Shown piece after piece: positions 18,178 to 27,962 of a stretch of DNA of 64,000 bases (positions are counted from its first letter, which is position 1; the number at the start of each line of letters is the position of its first letter). The position numbers and the translations under genes are program-made. The stretch is from contig OZ240215.1 in assembly GCA_965197585.1 (NCBI GenBank), forward strand, positions 96,001 through 160,000. The letters run 5' to 3'. This stretch comes from Dehalococcoidia bacterium (GTDB lineage: Bacteria; Chloroflexota; Dehalococcoidia; Plut-88900). The notes below the pieces were generated by a model. That model was not told the origin of the DNA and did not search any database. It was given only the letters and a program-made list of their open reading frames with translations.

Positions 18178-19281
18178 ATGGGAGAACCCCCGAAAAATCA
18201 GATGAGAAGCGATGGAATCTTATCACAACCTCACTCCCTAGGGGGGAGCCTGCCCGCCTTCGGCGAATCATTCCCGCACCCTATCGGGAATCCATCCCAC
18301 TCCCCCCAGTACTGAATTAGAGGCCCATGTGCGTGCCTTGCACGCACATGGGCCTCTATTCTTATCTCCCCCTCTCCCTTAATGGCCCTAAGGGAGAGGG
18401 GGACCAAGGGGGTGAGGGTTCCCCGGTGAGGCCGGGGCGATGTCCCCCTAAAAGTGACACGAACCCCTTGACTCGAGCCGTACACATGTACTATATTCAC
18501 CCCCGATTGGCCCATCACTCACCCTAAACCCAAGGAGGAACCACAACCCAGGGGGGAACCCCAGCCCCGGCCCCGAGGACTCAACGTCCCAGCCCATCCC
18601 AAAGGGCGGCCCACACGCCGCCCCACGGCTCAAGCGAAAGCGGAACGTCCGCCTACGGAGGACCGCCATCTCCTCATACCAAAGGCCCCGGCTCTCCCTT
18701 CCCCCGCAACCCAGGCGATGGAAGGTCCCACAGACTTGTTCGGCAGGCCCCGTCCAACGACGCCCCTGCCGATTCAACGCTTACCGTCATTGGAAGCCGT
18801 TTACCCCGGCCCATTGCGTGCCGGTTTCCCCGGCAGGTCAACCGACCCCCGGTTTAGCAAGGCCCTCGTGCCTTGTTTGTCCCGCCGTCCCTGCCACCCG
18901 TCTACCCGGCGGATGGACCGGGACGCCGGTTATGAAAGTCCGCCTCAGGCGGCATCTTCCCCGTCAGCGGTCCGGTCAAGTGCCGCTGACGGTGGGATCG
19001 GCCCCACACAACCCTGACCGCAGCCGACAACATGTGGGGATAATCCAGCCCGGCGCCGACGGCACGGCAACCCCCGGCCTGGTTTCTAGTCACCGGACCC
19101 TCCATCGCCTGCCCCTCCAAAACACACATAAACCCACAAACCCCACCCACAATCGAAGATGGAACATCCGCCTCTGGAGGATCCGCCTCAGGAGGACTCA
19201 ATGTCCCCGGACGCTGGCAGACATGCCCCCCCGCTTGCGTGATACACTTCTCGTGACCCAGTCCCCCACCCCGAGGCCCTG

Positions 19282-20136
19282 ATGGAAGACTCGCAACCCG
19301 GCGCACCCAAAAGCGCTTTCGCCCAACTGATGGCCCCTCCTCACCGGGACATCGATCTGTCTCGTGCGGCCCTCCTGATTGCCCAGGGGGAATACCCTGA
19401 CCTGGACATACCCTACTATCTGCATATTCTGGAGCGCCTCGGGCGGAGAGTTCGGTCCCGCTCCAAGGATGCATCGCCCAAGGCCGCCATTGAAGCCCTA
19501 AACCGCGTATTGTTTGAAGAGGAGGACTTCCGGGGCAACGAGGAAGAGTACTACGACCCCCGCAACAGCTATCTCAACGAAGTGATCGATAGGCGAATCG
19601 GCATCCCCATCACCCTCTCGGTCGTATATATCGAGGTCGCCCGGCACGCGGGCATCGAGATAAAAGGGGTCGGGTTTCCGGGCCACTTCATCGTCAAGCA
19701 CGAAAGTGAGGACGGCCCGATCTACATCGACCCCTTCTATAAGGGCCTGATACTCGATACGGAACACCTTGCCCAGAGGCTCCGCCTCACGGGTGGCGGA
19801 TTCATGCCCTTCCGGGAGCATCACTTGGCCGCATGTACAGAGGCCCAGCTCGTCACCCGGATGCTGAACAACCTCAAGGGCATACACGCCTCCCGACGCG
19901 ACTACGGAAAAGCCCTCACGGTCATCGAAATGATGATCGATGTATCGCCCTGGGACCTCGACGAGGTTAGAGACCGGGGCAAAGTGCGTCTCCAGCTGAA
20001 GGACTATTCCATGGCCCTAGTAGACCTGGAGACTTACCTCAACTTCCGCCCAGATGCCGAAGACGCCGAGGTCATAGGAAGAAGCGTGCAATATCTAAAG
20101 GGCCTGGCTCCCAGGGGCCCCGCCAAGGAGTTTTGA
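19282..20136 (+). CDS. SirB1-like / transglutaminase-like protein with TPR region
   Basis: YYDPRNSYLNEVIDRRIGIPITLS, GVGFPGHF, RMLNNLK. Confidence 0.9.
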   Translation: MEDSQPGAPKSAFAQLMAPPHRDIDLSRAALLIAQGEYPDLDIPYYLHILERLGRRVRSRSKDASPKAAIEALNRVLFEEEDFRGNEEEYYDPRNSYLNEVIDRRIGIPITLSVVYIEVARHAGIEIKGVGFPGHFIVKHESEDGPIYIDPFYKGLILDTEHLAQRLRLTGGGFMPFREHHLAACTEAQLVTRMLNNLKGIHASRRDYGKALTVIEMMIDVSPWDLDEVRDRGKVRLQLKDYSMALVDLETYLNFRPDAEDAEVIGRSVQYLKGLAPRGPAKEF

Positions 20137-21098
20137 GCGTGACCCTGATCATCCGCGAAGAAGAGGTAATGCAACTCCTGACAATGGAGGAGACCCTTGA
20201 CGCGGTCGAAGGCGCGTTTCGCAGTCAGGGTGAAGGGACGTCCTTAAATCGTGCCCGACGCCGCTTCCACGTTCCCGGCAGGGGCAGCATGCAACTCATG
20301 TCCGGCGTCTGCTACTACCGCAAGGCTATGGGCCTGAAGGTGTATACCTCCTACCGCACCGGCACCCGATTCATGGTCCTCCTCTTCAGCGCCGAGACCG
20401 GAGACCTTCTCGCCATCGTCCAGGCCGACCATCTTGGCAGGATGCGCACGGGAGCGGCTTCCGGTGTCGGCGCCAAATATCTCGCAAAAGAAGGGGCGAA
20501 GGTTGTGGGGATGATCGGCTCCGGGGGCCAGGCCGTAACGCAGCTTGAGGCTGTATGCGCGGTTCGAAATATTGAGACCGCCAAGGTCTACAGCCGCCGC
20601 CCCGAACCCCTCGCCGCGTTCTGTGACAGCATGTCCCAAAAGCTCGGCATCGACGTATCCCCCGCCCCCACCCCCGAGGACGCTATCACCGGAGCGGATG
20701 TGGTAGTGACGATCACCAACGCCCGTGACCCGGTGGTCAAGGGAGAATGGATCGCCGAAGGTGCCCACATCAACGCTGCGGGCAGCAACTCACTGATACG
20801 CAAGGAGATTGACGGTGAAGCCGTCCGTAAATGTGGCCTCATCACCGTCGACTCCCGGGAGCAGGCCCAACTCGAATGCGGCGACCTCCTCGTTCCCGCC
20901 GAGCGCGGCGTGGTTAAATGGGAGACCCTGACAGAACTCGGCGACGTGGTGTCGGGCAAAGCGCCAGGCAGAACATCGGACTCACAAATCACCCTCTTCG
21001 AGTCCCAGGGCCTCGCAATCCAGGACATTGCAACAGCCATGAGAATCTACGAATTGGCCCGCAAGCAAAACCTAGGCCAGGAAATCGACATTTTCTAA
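20133..21098 (+). CDS. Ornithine cyclodeaminase / mu-crystallin family protein
   Basis: RMRTGAASG, IGSGGQA, HINAAGS, ITLFESQGLAIQDIA. Confidence 0.9.
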   Translation: MSVTLIIREEEVMQLLTMEETLDAVEGAFRSQGEGTSLNRARRRFHVPGRGSMQLMSGVCYYRKAMGLKVYTSYRTGTRFMVLLFSAETGDLLAIVQADHLGRMRTGAASGVGAKYLAKEGAKVVGMIGSGGQAVTQLEAVCAVRNIETAKVYSRRPEPLAAFCDSMSQKLGIDVSPAPTPEDAITGADVVVTITNARDPVVKGEWIAEGAHINAAGSNSLIRKEIDGEAVRKCGLITVDSREQAQLECGDLLVPAERGVVKWETLTELGDVVSGKAPGRTSDSQITLFESQGLAIQDIATAMRIYELARKQNLGQEIDIF

Positions 21099-21126
21099 AG
21101 AACAGTCCCCTCCCATATCCCTTGAC

Positions 21127-21259
21127 GTGACCTTTGCATAACCCATGTCGGAGGGGCCGGGGCCGCTCGTGCTGAGCCCCGTCGAAGTATGAGCGGTGGG
21201 AGGGGAATGGCGATTAGAATAGCAAAGAATGGCTTGCCTTGCGGTTACACAAAGGTCTC
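21127..21259. mobile_element. 133-bp MITE inserted in a family-A palindrome
   Basis: Terminal inverted repeats GTGACCTTTGCATAACC / GGTTACACAAAGGTCTC; 5-bp direct repeat TTGAC on both flanks; contains a family-C palindrome. Confidence 0.8.
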
Positions 21260-21366
21260 TTGACGGGAGGGGGCTAGGGTCGGAGACTCGCTGAGGAGAG
21301 TGAGGGTGTTGTCCCGAAATACTGCAAGATTAGTTGTGTAAGACTCAGGATCAATAGGAGGAAATC

Positions 21367-22284
21367 ATGGAATACCAAGTCTGGCTAAACGGCGAGTTCA
21401 TGCCTAGAAGCGAGGCCAAGCTCGGCCTGACCGACAGGGGCCTGAGGCTCGGTGACGTGGTCTTCGATACCTCTCGCACCTTCAATGGCAAGGTCTTTCG
21501 CCTCGAAGACCACATCGACCGCCTCTACCGCTCCCTCACCTACGTCCGCATCGACCCCGGCATGACCAAGGATGAGATGATCGACATCACCCTCGACGTC
21601 GTTCAGCGCAACGAGTCCATCCGCGAGACCGGGGACGACTACATGGTCACCCAGTTCATCACCCGCGGCGAGGGCGGACGCTCTGCCTTGGCTCTGAAGC
21701 CCAACATTGCCATCTGGATAGATCCGTTGGACCACGCCCGAATGGCGCCCCACTACAGCGACGGTGCCCACGTAGTCATTCCCAAGATCAGGAGCTATCC
21801 CTCAGACGCCCTTGACCCGAAGATCAAGCACTACAGCCGGCTCAACTTCGTACTTGCTGAATTGGAGGCCACGGACATCGATCCCGAGGCCTTCCCCGTC
21901 CTCACTGATGCCCGTGGCAACCTCACCGAAAGCATAGGCTCTAACTTCTTCATCGTCACCGACGGCAAGATAAGGACCGCCGGGGACTCGGCCATACTCC
22001 AGGGCGTCACCCGGAAGGTCATCGGCGAGTTGGCGGAGCAGTTGGGCATCCCCTTCATCGAAGAGGAAATCCAGCCCTACGACGCCTACACCGCCGACGA
22101 GGCATTCCTCGCCACCACTCCCTACTGCGTCGTGCCTGTAGGAAGAGTCGACACCCGCACCGTCGGCCAAGAGGTTCCGGGCCCTATCACCCAGCAACTA
22201 ATGGCTGCCTTCTCAGAGCTGGCCGGGTTCGATATCGTCGAGCAGTCCATCAACCGGGCTCGCGCCGTAACTGCTGCCCGTTGA
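21367..22284 (+). CDS. Class IV PLP aminotransferase (BCAT/D-amino acid aminotransferase-like)
   Basis: DRGL..GD.VFD, HIDRL, PLP lysine in KIKHYSRLN, ILQGVTRK, ADEAFL. Confidence 0.9.
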   Translation: MEYQVWLNGEFMPRSEAKLGLTDRGLRLGDVVFDTSRTFNGKVFRLEDHIDRLYRSLTYVRIDPGMTKDEMIDITLDVVQRNESIRETGDDYMVTQFITRGEGGRSALALKPNIAIWIDPLDHARMAPHYSDGAHVVIPKIRSYPSDALDPKIKHYSRLNFVLAELEATDIDPEAFPVLTDARGNLTESIGSNFFIVTDGKIRTAGDSAILQGVTRKVIGELAEQLGIPFIEEEIQPYDAYTADEAFLATTPYCVVPVGRVDTRTVGQEVPGPITQQLMAAFSELAGFDIVEQSINRARAVTAAR

Positions 22285-22569
22285 CTCCGCCATTCCTGTC
22301 GAAGGTCCGCCCCTGGCGGGAGGTCCTCAAAGTATGAACGATGGGCGTCTTGTCCCCTTTCCCCGTCAAGGGAGAAGACTGGAGCCAGCCCTGTGCAGAC
22401 TAAAGGTGTGCGGTAGGGCTCTGGATCCCTTGTCCCATTCAAATAACCCCGTATGACCGTCTTTCCTGCGGAGGCAGGCCGAAGGTGCGCCATAGCGTGA
22501 ATCCAGGGGTAATGCGAGGTAGGGGTACTCCCTGTAGGGTTAAATCTCGGTGGCTCCTCTGGGTGGGGT

Positions 22570-22600
22570 CGCTCGTGCTGAGGCTCTCGAAGTATGAGCG
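22570..22600. repeat. REP-like palindrome family C (CGCTCRTSCTGAG...TCGAAG...GAGCG)
   Basis: Copies at 21163, 26513, 29627, 29821 and 31966. Confidence 0.75.
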
Positions 22601-22650
22601 AGGGGCGGCCCACGGCGGAGCAAACGGCAGGATGGTCCCAGGCTGGACTC

Positions 22651-23859
22651 CTACGCGCGAGTCCTCACCTTGGCCCCGAACAACCCCGGGTCCAGGTCCG
22701 AGTCCCACGTCGCCTCGAGCAGCGTCAGCGCGCCCAGCCTCCCGATCTCGTCCCCCGACTTTGCCGCAAGTCCGTTGCCGCCTGTTGCCACGCCTATGCG
22801 CTCGTCCACCATATCTATGTAGGGCAATTCCGTAGGCGTCTTGCTCACGGCGCACGTGCCCAGGGTCACGCGTTCGTCCGGGAGAGCTTGCAGGTAGGGA
22901 ATCGTGGCCCGGATCTTGGCCCATAGGCGGGCTCGCTCCGCCGGGGTGCCCGACCCCCTGAACCACGCCTTGATCGCCTCCATGCTCCCCAGGCTCCCGT
23001 GCCCTTCTGACCCCCCGATCTTCATCCGGTACTTACCGTCCCTGTACTGCACGGGTGGGACGATGTAGCTGCTATCGTTGGGTCGGCCGGTCATGTAGAT
23101 CATGCTGGGCAGGTCCGACAGGTCTCCCGCCTCCGACTCCGTAAGCTCGATGTAGACCACGTTGACTGCCAGCACGTCTACGTCCAGCGTCCGTGGCACC
23201 AGCCCCGAGTCCCTCGTGAATCCCCCCGCTGCCACCAAAACCCTGTCCGACCGGTATACCCCGCCCCCCGACGTCCTCACCTCAACCCCGCCCGCCCCAC
23301 TCTCCGCCGAGACCGCCTCCTCGCTGATAACGTCGGCGCCGTGCCCCTTGGCCAGGGCCGTCTCCGCCTCCACGATGCCGCGGGCACTTATGTGTCCGGC
23401 ATCGGATGACTGGTACAACCCCGAGCATTGTGACTCGAAACAGAGCTTCGGAAACCGTGACTCTAGGGTCTCCGGCCCCAGTTTCTCAAACCCTTCGTTA
23501 AGGTCGAGCATTACCTGCTCGGAATTGGGCACGTATTCGGAGACTGCCCGGTCAAGCGGCCCCACGGACATCTGCCCGACCTCGTGGTAGAACGGTATGC
23601 CAGATCGAGATTCCATGTCTCGATACCGCCTGATCGACTCCCGGGCCAGCTTTGCCCAAACAAGATGCGGATCTAGAATCCGTGTTATCCGACCCTCGTC
23701 GTAGTGGTCCCCGAACACACCGTCGTGACTTGACGGGTCCCGAGGCTCGTCGGGGCCTATCAGCGCCACCCCTTCCGTCCGCTCCGCCAGGTGCCGCGCC
23801 GCCGCCGACCCGATCATCCCTTTTCCTATGACTATGTATTTGTAGCTAGCGTCTGCCAT
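22651..23859 (-). CDS. FAD-dependent oxidoreductase (DAO/sarcosine oxidase-like)
   Basis: VIGKGMIGSAAARHL, HYDEGRITR, VLVAAGG, GGNGLAAKSGDEIGRL. Confidence 0.88.
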   Translation of the reverse strand: MADASYKYIVIGKGMIGSAAARHLAERTEGVALIGPDEPRDPSSHDGVFGDHYDEGRITRILDPHLVWAKLARESIRRYRDMESRSGIPFYHEVGQMSVGPLDRAVSEYVPNSEQVMLDLNEGFEKLGPETLESRFPKLCFESQCSGLYQSSDAGHISARGIVEAETALAKGHGADVISEEAVSAESGAGGVEVRTSGGGVYRSDRVLVAAGGFTRDSGLVPRTLDVDVLAVNVVYIELTESEAGDLSDLPSMIYMTGRPNDSSYIVPPVQYRDGKYRMKIGGSEGHGSLGSMEAIKAWFRGSGTPAERARLWAKIRATIPYLQALPDERVTLGTCAVSKTPTELPYIDMVDERIGVATGGNGLAAKSGDEIGRLGALTLLEATWDSDLDPGLFGAKVRTRA

Positions 23860-24510
23860 TCAACCCAATGCCTCGAATACCCATATCTGAAAATCTACGT
23901 CAGGCTCCCGCAAAGGGATGGCCGCAAAAGGCTCAGTCACCTCCACAAACCGCCATCGTCCCGCCTGCTCTAACTCGGCATGCTTCTGCGGGAAGTCCGA
24001 GCCCCGGTAGTAGTCGGGCCGCAGGGTGTACATTAAATGGCCCCCGGGCCTCGTGACCCGGACCAGTTCGTCCAGGGAGTCGGCTGAGGCGTGGCTAATG
24101 GTCAATGCGCCCACACTGACTACGGCGTCGAACGCCCCATCTTCGAAGGCCAGCGGAGCCCCTAGCTTCATCTTGTAAAGGCCGCTGTAAGCAGACTTGC
24201 CCTTCGCCACTTCCAGCATCCCCGACGACAGGTCTATCCCAACGATGTTCTGAAATCCCGCCCGGCGAAGCGCTGAACCCGTAAGTCCGGTCCCCGCGCC
24301 CGCATCCAGGAGCAGAGAATCACGGGTTGCATAGCGGCTGCAGACATCGGCCATGTGGCCCGGGGCCGGCCATCCGTAATCCCCCGTGATGTCGTTATCG
24401 TAGTCCTCTGCCCACGCGTCGTACTTCCGCCCCACCTCCCCGATGTCCCGAGACGCGTACACGTCATACAGACGCATGTTGGGCTCGTTGCCGCCGCCCT
24501 CGCTACTCAA
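23860..24510 (-). CDS. Class I SAM-dependent methyltransferase
   Basis: YDAWAEDYD, LLDAGAGTG, GIDLSSGML, VRVTRPGG. Start uncertain (TTG 24510 or ATG 24477). Confidence 0.88.
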   Translation of the reverse strand: MSSEGGGNEPNMRLYDVYASRDIGEVGRKYDAWAEDYDNDITGDYGWPAPGHMADVCSRYATRDSLLLDAGAGTGLTGSALRRAGFQNIVGIDLSSGMLEVAKGKSAYSGLYKMKLGAPLAFEDGAFDAVVSVGALTISHASADSLDELVRVTRPGGHLMYTLRPDYYRGSDFPQKHAELEQAGRWRFVEVTEPFAAIPLREPDVDFQIWVFEALG

Positions 24511-24524
24511 AACGCCACCCGACC

Positions 24525-25727
24525 CTAAATGACCTGCTTGTCCTTCAGGCCGATTACCTCGTCCCACGAGTAGTCCAGTAGCTCCGTCAGCAGCTCCTCG
24601 GTGTGCTGTCCCAGCTCCGGAGCGCCACTCCTCACTTTGCCGGGAGTCTCGCTGAATTGAATGGGCAGACCCAGCATTTTCACCTTGCCGGCGTTCGGGT
24701 GGTCTATCTCCACGACGTATTCATTGGCGATTGCCTGTTCGTCCGAAAGGGCCTCCATGTAGTCCTGTACCGGGGCCCAGAGGACGTCGGTGGCGTCCAG
24801 GATTTCCCGCCACTCTTCCCGGGTCTTCTTGGCGAAGGTCTCTTCCAGTATGCCTATTAACGTATCGCTGTGGGCAAAGACCCTGTCCTGCCCCGATATA
24901 AACCGCGGGTCCTCCATCATCCATTCCAGGTCCAGGGCCCGACACGTGGCTTCCCAGTCCCGCTCCATGTCCAGCACGGAGAGGCACAGCCATTTTTCAT
25001 CCTTCGTCTTGTAGACGTTCCAGAATGGGCTCAGCGCCCGACGTCTGTATTCCCCGGGCACATTCCCTGAGAATAGCGTTCCCTGGGCCATCAATGCCCC
25101 CACTGCCAGCTGCGTCCCGAACAACGACTCCTCTACCTTCTGCCCGATGCCCGTTCGTTCCCGGGTAAGCAGACCCATAGTAGTGCCCAGGCACAGCATG
25201 AATGCCCCGGTCTGGTCTGCCATCCCGCCCCATACCTGCATCGGCGCCGAGGTCTGGATCTGGCTCATGATTCCGCCCCGGGCCTGCGCCGCCAGGTCCG
25301 CCGACGGCCTCGCCGAGTCCGGTCCCTTTGGCCCGAATCCGTACCCCGCCGAGTACACCAGCTTCGGATTGATCGCATGCACCGACTCGTAATCGAATCC
25401 CAACCTCTTTAGAGAGGGCTCTCGGAAGTTGGACACGAATGCATCGGCCTTCTTGATCAGCCGGATCATCACCTCTTTGCCTTCGGGGGTCTTCAGGTCG
25501 ATGGCCAGGCTCTTTTTATTCCGGTTGTTGTTCTCGAAGTAGTAATTCAGATCAGCCCCCGAGTTTTTCCCGAAATTCCAGGTCGACAGATACCGCCCCG
25601 GGTCCCCCGACACCCGCTCCTCCACCTTTATAACCTCGGCACCCATGTCCGCCAGCATCGCCGTGGACACCGGCCCGTGCTGCCATATGGTCATGTCGAT
25701 TATTAGTAGGCCTTCTAATGCCATCAT
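24525..25727 (-). CDS. Family III CoA-transferase (CaiB/BaiF)
   Basis: LADMGAEVIKVE, NRNKKSLAIDLK, GFGPKGP, APELGQHT. Confidence 0.93.
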   Translation of the reverse strand: MMALEGLLIIDMTIWQHGPVSTAMLADMGAEVIKVEERVSGDPGRYLSTWNFGKNSGADLNYYFENNNRNKKSLAIDLKTPEGKEVMIRLIKKADAFVSNFREPSLKRLGFDYESVHAINPKLVYSAGYGFGPKGPDSARPSADLAAQARGGIMSQIQTSAPMQVWGGMADQTGAFMLCLGTTMGLLTRERTGIGQKVEESLFGTQLAVGALMAQGTLFSGNVPGEYRRRALSPFWNVYKTKDEKWLCLSVLDMERDWEATCRALDLEWMMEDPRFISGQDRVFAHSDTLIGILEETFAKKTREEWREILDATDVLWAPVQDYMEALSDEQAIANEYVVEIDHPNAGKVKMLGLPIQFSETPGKVRSGAPELGQHTEELLTELLDYSWDEVIGLKDKQVI

Positions 25728-25796
25728 GGGCCGTTTACCTCCTGAAAAAGCCGCAGTACAGGAACGCGGCTAACATAGGCTTGCACTTATAGGTTG

Positions 25797-26438
25797 TCAA
25801 GCAGACTCGATCCTACTGAACTCCGCCTCCCTCCCCAACGCCCTTTCGTACTCCTCCGGCGTGTTCATGTCCAGGTAGATGAGCGATGACGACACCTCCA
25901 CGTTCCCCACCCGACCCCCATCCTGCCTCACTACCTGCTTTAGCCCTAACCCTTCCTCCGTGATCGCCAGCATCTCGTCCCTTAAGCTGCCGTCAAAGAC
26001 CGTCGGGTGACCCCTGCACCCCTTGTGGACGGGTATAGTGATCTGTGATCCTCCGAGAAGGTGCACGTTAACTACCTCATCAATTAACCACGAGGGACGA
26101 GGCTGGTCCACGTTCAGTAACAGTAGCGCCTTGGAGTTGATCGCGGCTTCCCTCACCCCAGCCATCACCGACGATGCCCGCCCCTGCTGATAGTCATGGT
26201 TCTCCACAACCTTCACGCCCTTCCTCTCCACCACCCGCGCCCTGATAGCCTCCGCCTCATGCCCGACAACCAGTATCACCCCGGACACTCGGCTCGCCGC
26301 CATCTGCTCCAGCTGATATTCGACTAACGTCGTCCCCATCCAAGGGAGCAGCGCCTTGGGCTGACCCATTCGCGTGGAAAGCCCCGCGGCAAGCAATATC
26401 GCTGAGACACCGGTGCCAGTTGGTGAGTTTGTGGACAT
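25797..26438 (-). CDS. Molybdenum cofactor cytidylyltransferase (MocA-like) nucleotidyltransferase
   Basis: LLAAGLSTRMGQPKALL, DQP, GHPT, DMNTPEEY; adjacent to an XdhC gene. Confidence 0.85.
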   Translation of the reverse strand: MSTNSPTGTGVSAILLAAGLSTRMGQPKALLPWMGTTLVEYQLEQMAASRVSGVILVVGHEAEAIRARVVERKGVKVVENHDYQQGRASSVMAGVREAAINSKALLLLNVDQPRPSWLIDEVVNVHLLGGSQITIPVHKGCRGHPTVFDGSLRDEMLAITEEGLGLKQVVRQDGGRVGNVEVSSSLIYLDMNTPEEYERALGREAEFSRIESA

Positions 26439-26475
26439 TAGCCCGTGCCTAGAGACTTGTCCCCTCTCCCTTGAT

Positions 26476-26608
26476 GAGACCTTTGCATAACCAGTGTTGG
26501 AGGGGCGTGGGGCCGCTCGTGCTGAGGCTCTCGAAGTATGAGCGGGGGGCGGAGGTTAAGTGATCTGGATGGTACAAGGGGAATCACCTCTAGTCATGCA
26601 AGGGTCTC
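26476..26608. mobile_element. 133-bp MITE (second copy) inserted in a family-A palindrome
   Basis: Ends GAGACCTTTGCATAAC / GTCATGCAAGGGTCTC; same length and internal family-C palindrome as 21127-21259; degenerate flanks TTGAT/TCGAC. Confidence 0.75.
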
Positions 26609-26752
26609 TCGACAGGTTGCGGATATGCCTCTGACGTTAGAGGGCTAGGGCCTGCCCTCAGATTGTCGAAGAGGTGAGGGTGAAGTTAATCCTGCACGGT
26701 CAGCTACGAAAGAGTCGCGTAAGGCTTGACCTACGCGGCCCCGGCAAGCGGT

Positions 26753-27874
26753 CTAAGCCGGGACTCCGGCCTTCTCCCGCGCCTTGAGCACCAGCTTCTC
26801 CTCCATCTTCATCGAAGAGCCGTCCCCGCCGTGCCTCACCATCTCGATCTCCGCCATGACGCTCAGGGCTATCGACTCCGGCGTCCGCCCCCCGAGGTTC
26901 AGGCCCACGGGAGTTCGGATTTCGCTCACCCTCTCCAGCGGCACGCCGGATGAGAGCAAAGTCGGGAAAATCAGGAGCGCCTTTCGCCTGCTGCCCAGCA
27001 GCCCGATGAACTTGGCCTGAGACCTAGCCGCCTCCAGCAGGGCCATGTCGTCGTACTTGTGCCCCCGAGTCGCCACGACCACGAAGGAGTTGGCCGTTAT
27101 GCCGATGCGTCGAATCCCGGCGTCATAGTCGTCTACGACGAGGGCGTCGGCGTCCGGGAACCGTTCGGGATTGGCGAACTCTTGCCGGTCGTCGACTACT
27201 CGGGTCCGATACCCGAGGAACGTCGCCAGTTTGTAGATGGAGTTGGAGACGTGACCACCCCCGACCAGCACTACGGTGGCAGGGCTGGTGAAAGCTTCCA
27301 CGTATATCTCCGTCCCGTCCTTCGACGAGATGAAGTCCTGCCGGCCGAAGTCCATGGCCTTGTGGCCGACTTCCGACGCTGCATCGTCCAGCGAGGTGTC
27401 TCCCAGGGACCCTACCCTGGCCCCGTCCTCCCGGATGAGCAGCTTCGTCCCCACCGGCCCCGAGAGCGCGCCCTTCTGCGTGACGGTCGCCAGTGCGACC
27501 CCACCCTCGCCCCGATACGCTGCGTTTATCTCACGCGTGTAGGTGTCGAACAAAGGGTTCTTCTGGGGCTGGTCGATCATGATGTACATGGTGCCGCCGC
27601 AGACTAGGCCGTCCTGTGCCGCGAGGTCATCGTTCAGCGTGAAACCCTGAACATCTGCGGGGGTGTTCTCGACAATGGCCAACTTGGATGCGGTGTATGC
27701 GTCCGCCTCTATGCAGCCGCCCCCGAGGGTCCCCGCGAAGGACCCGTCCTCCCGCACCAGCATCTTGGCCCCGGGCTTCTGGGGCGTGGACCCCTTGGTT
27801 CTGACTACCGTGGCCAGCGCAAAGGGCTTGCTCTTCTTAATCAGGCCGCCGACTTCCTCGAATATCTCTCGCAT
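26753..27874 (-). CDS. XdhC/CoxI family molybdoenzyme accessory protein
   Basis: GSTPQKPGAKM, GTLGGGCIEA, CGGTM, VGGGHV, TRGHKYD, GLLGSRRK, TPESIALS. Confidence 0.93.
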   Translation of the reverse strand: MREIFEEVGGLIKKSKPFALATVVRTKGSTPQKPGAKMLVREDGSFAGTLGGGCIEADAYTASKLAIVENTPADVQGFTLNDDLAAQDGLVCGGTMYIMIDQPQKNPLFDTYTREINAAYRGEGGVALATVTQKGALSGPVGTKLLIREDGARVGSLGDTSLDDAASEVGHKAMDFGRQDFISSKDGTEIYVEAFTSPATVVLVGGGHVSNSIYKLATFLGYRTRVVDDRQEFANPERFPDADALVVDDYDAGIRRIGITANSFVVVATRGHKYDDMALLEAARSQAKFIGLLGSRRKALLIFPTLLSSGVPLERVSEIRTPVGLNLGGRTPESIALSVMAEIEMVRHGGDGSSMKMEEKLVLKAREKAGVPA

Positions 27875-27962
27875 GATAGTGCTCCCTGCCGGCTTCGGCT
27901 GCTTCTCGTGACTAGCCGATTATACATCGAAAGCCCGTGGCTTTACGAGAATCTACCTCCCG

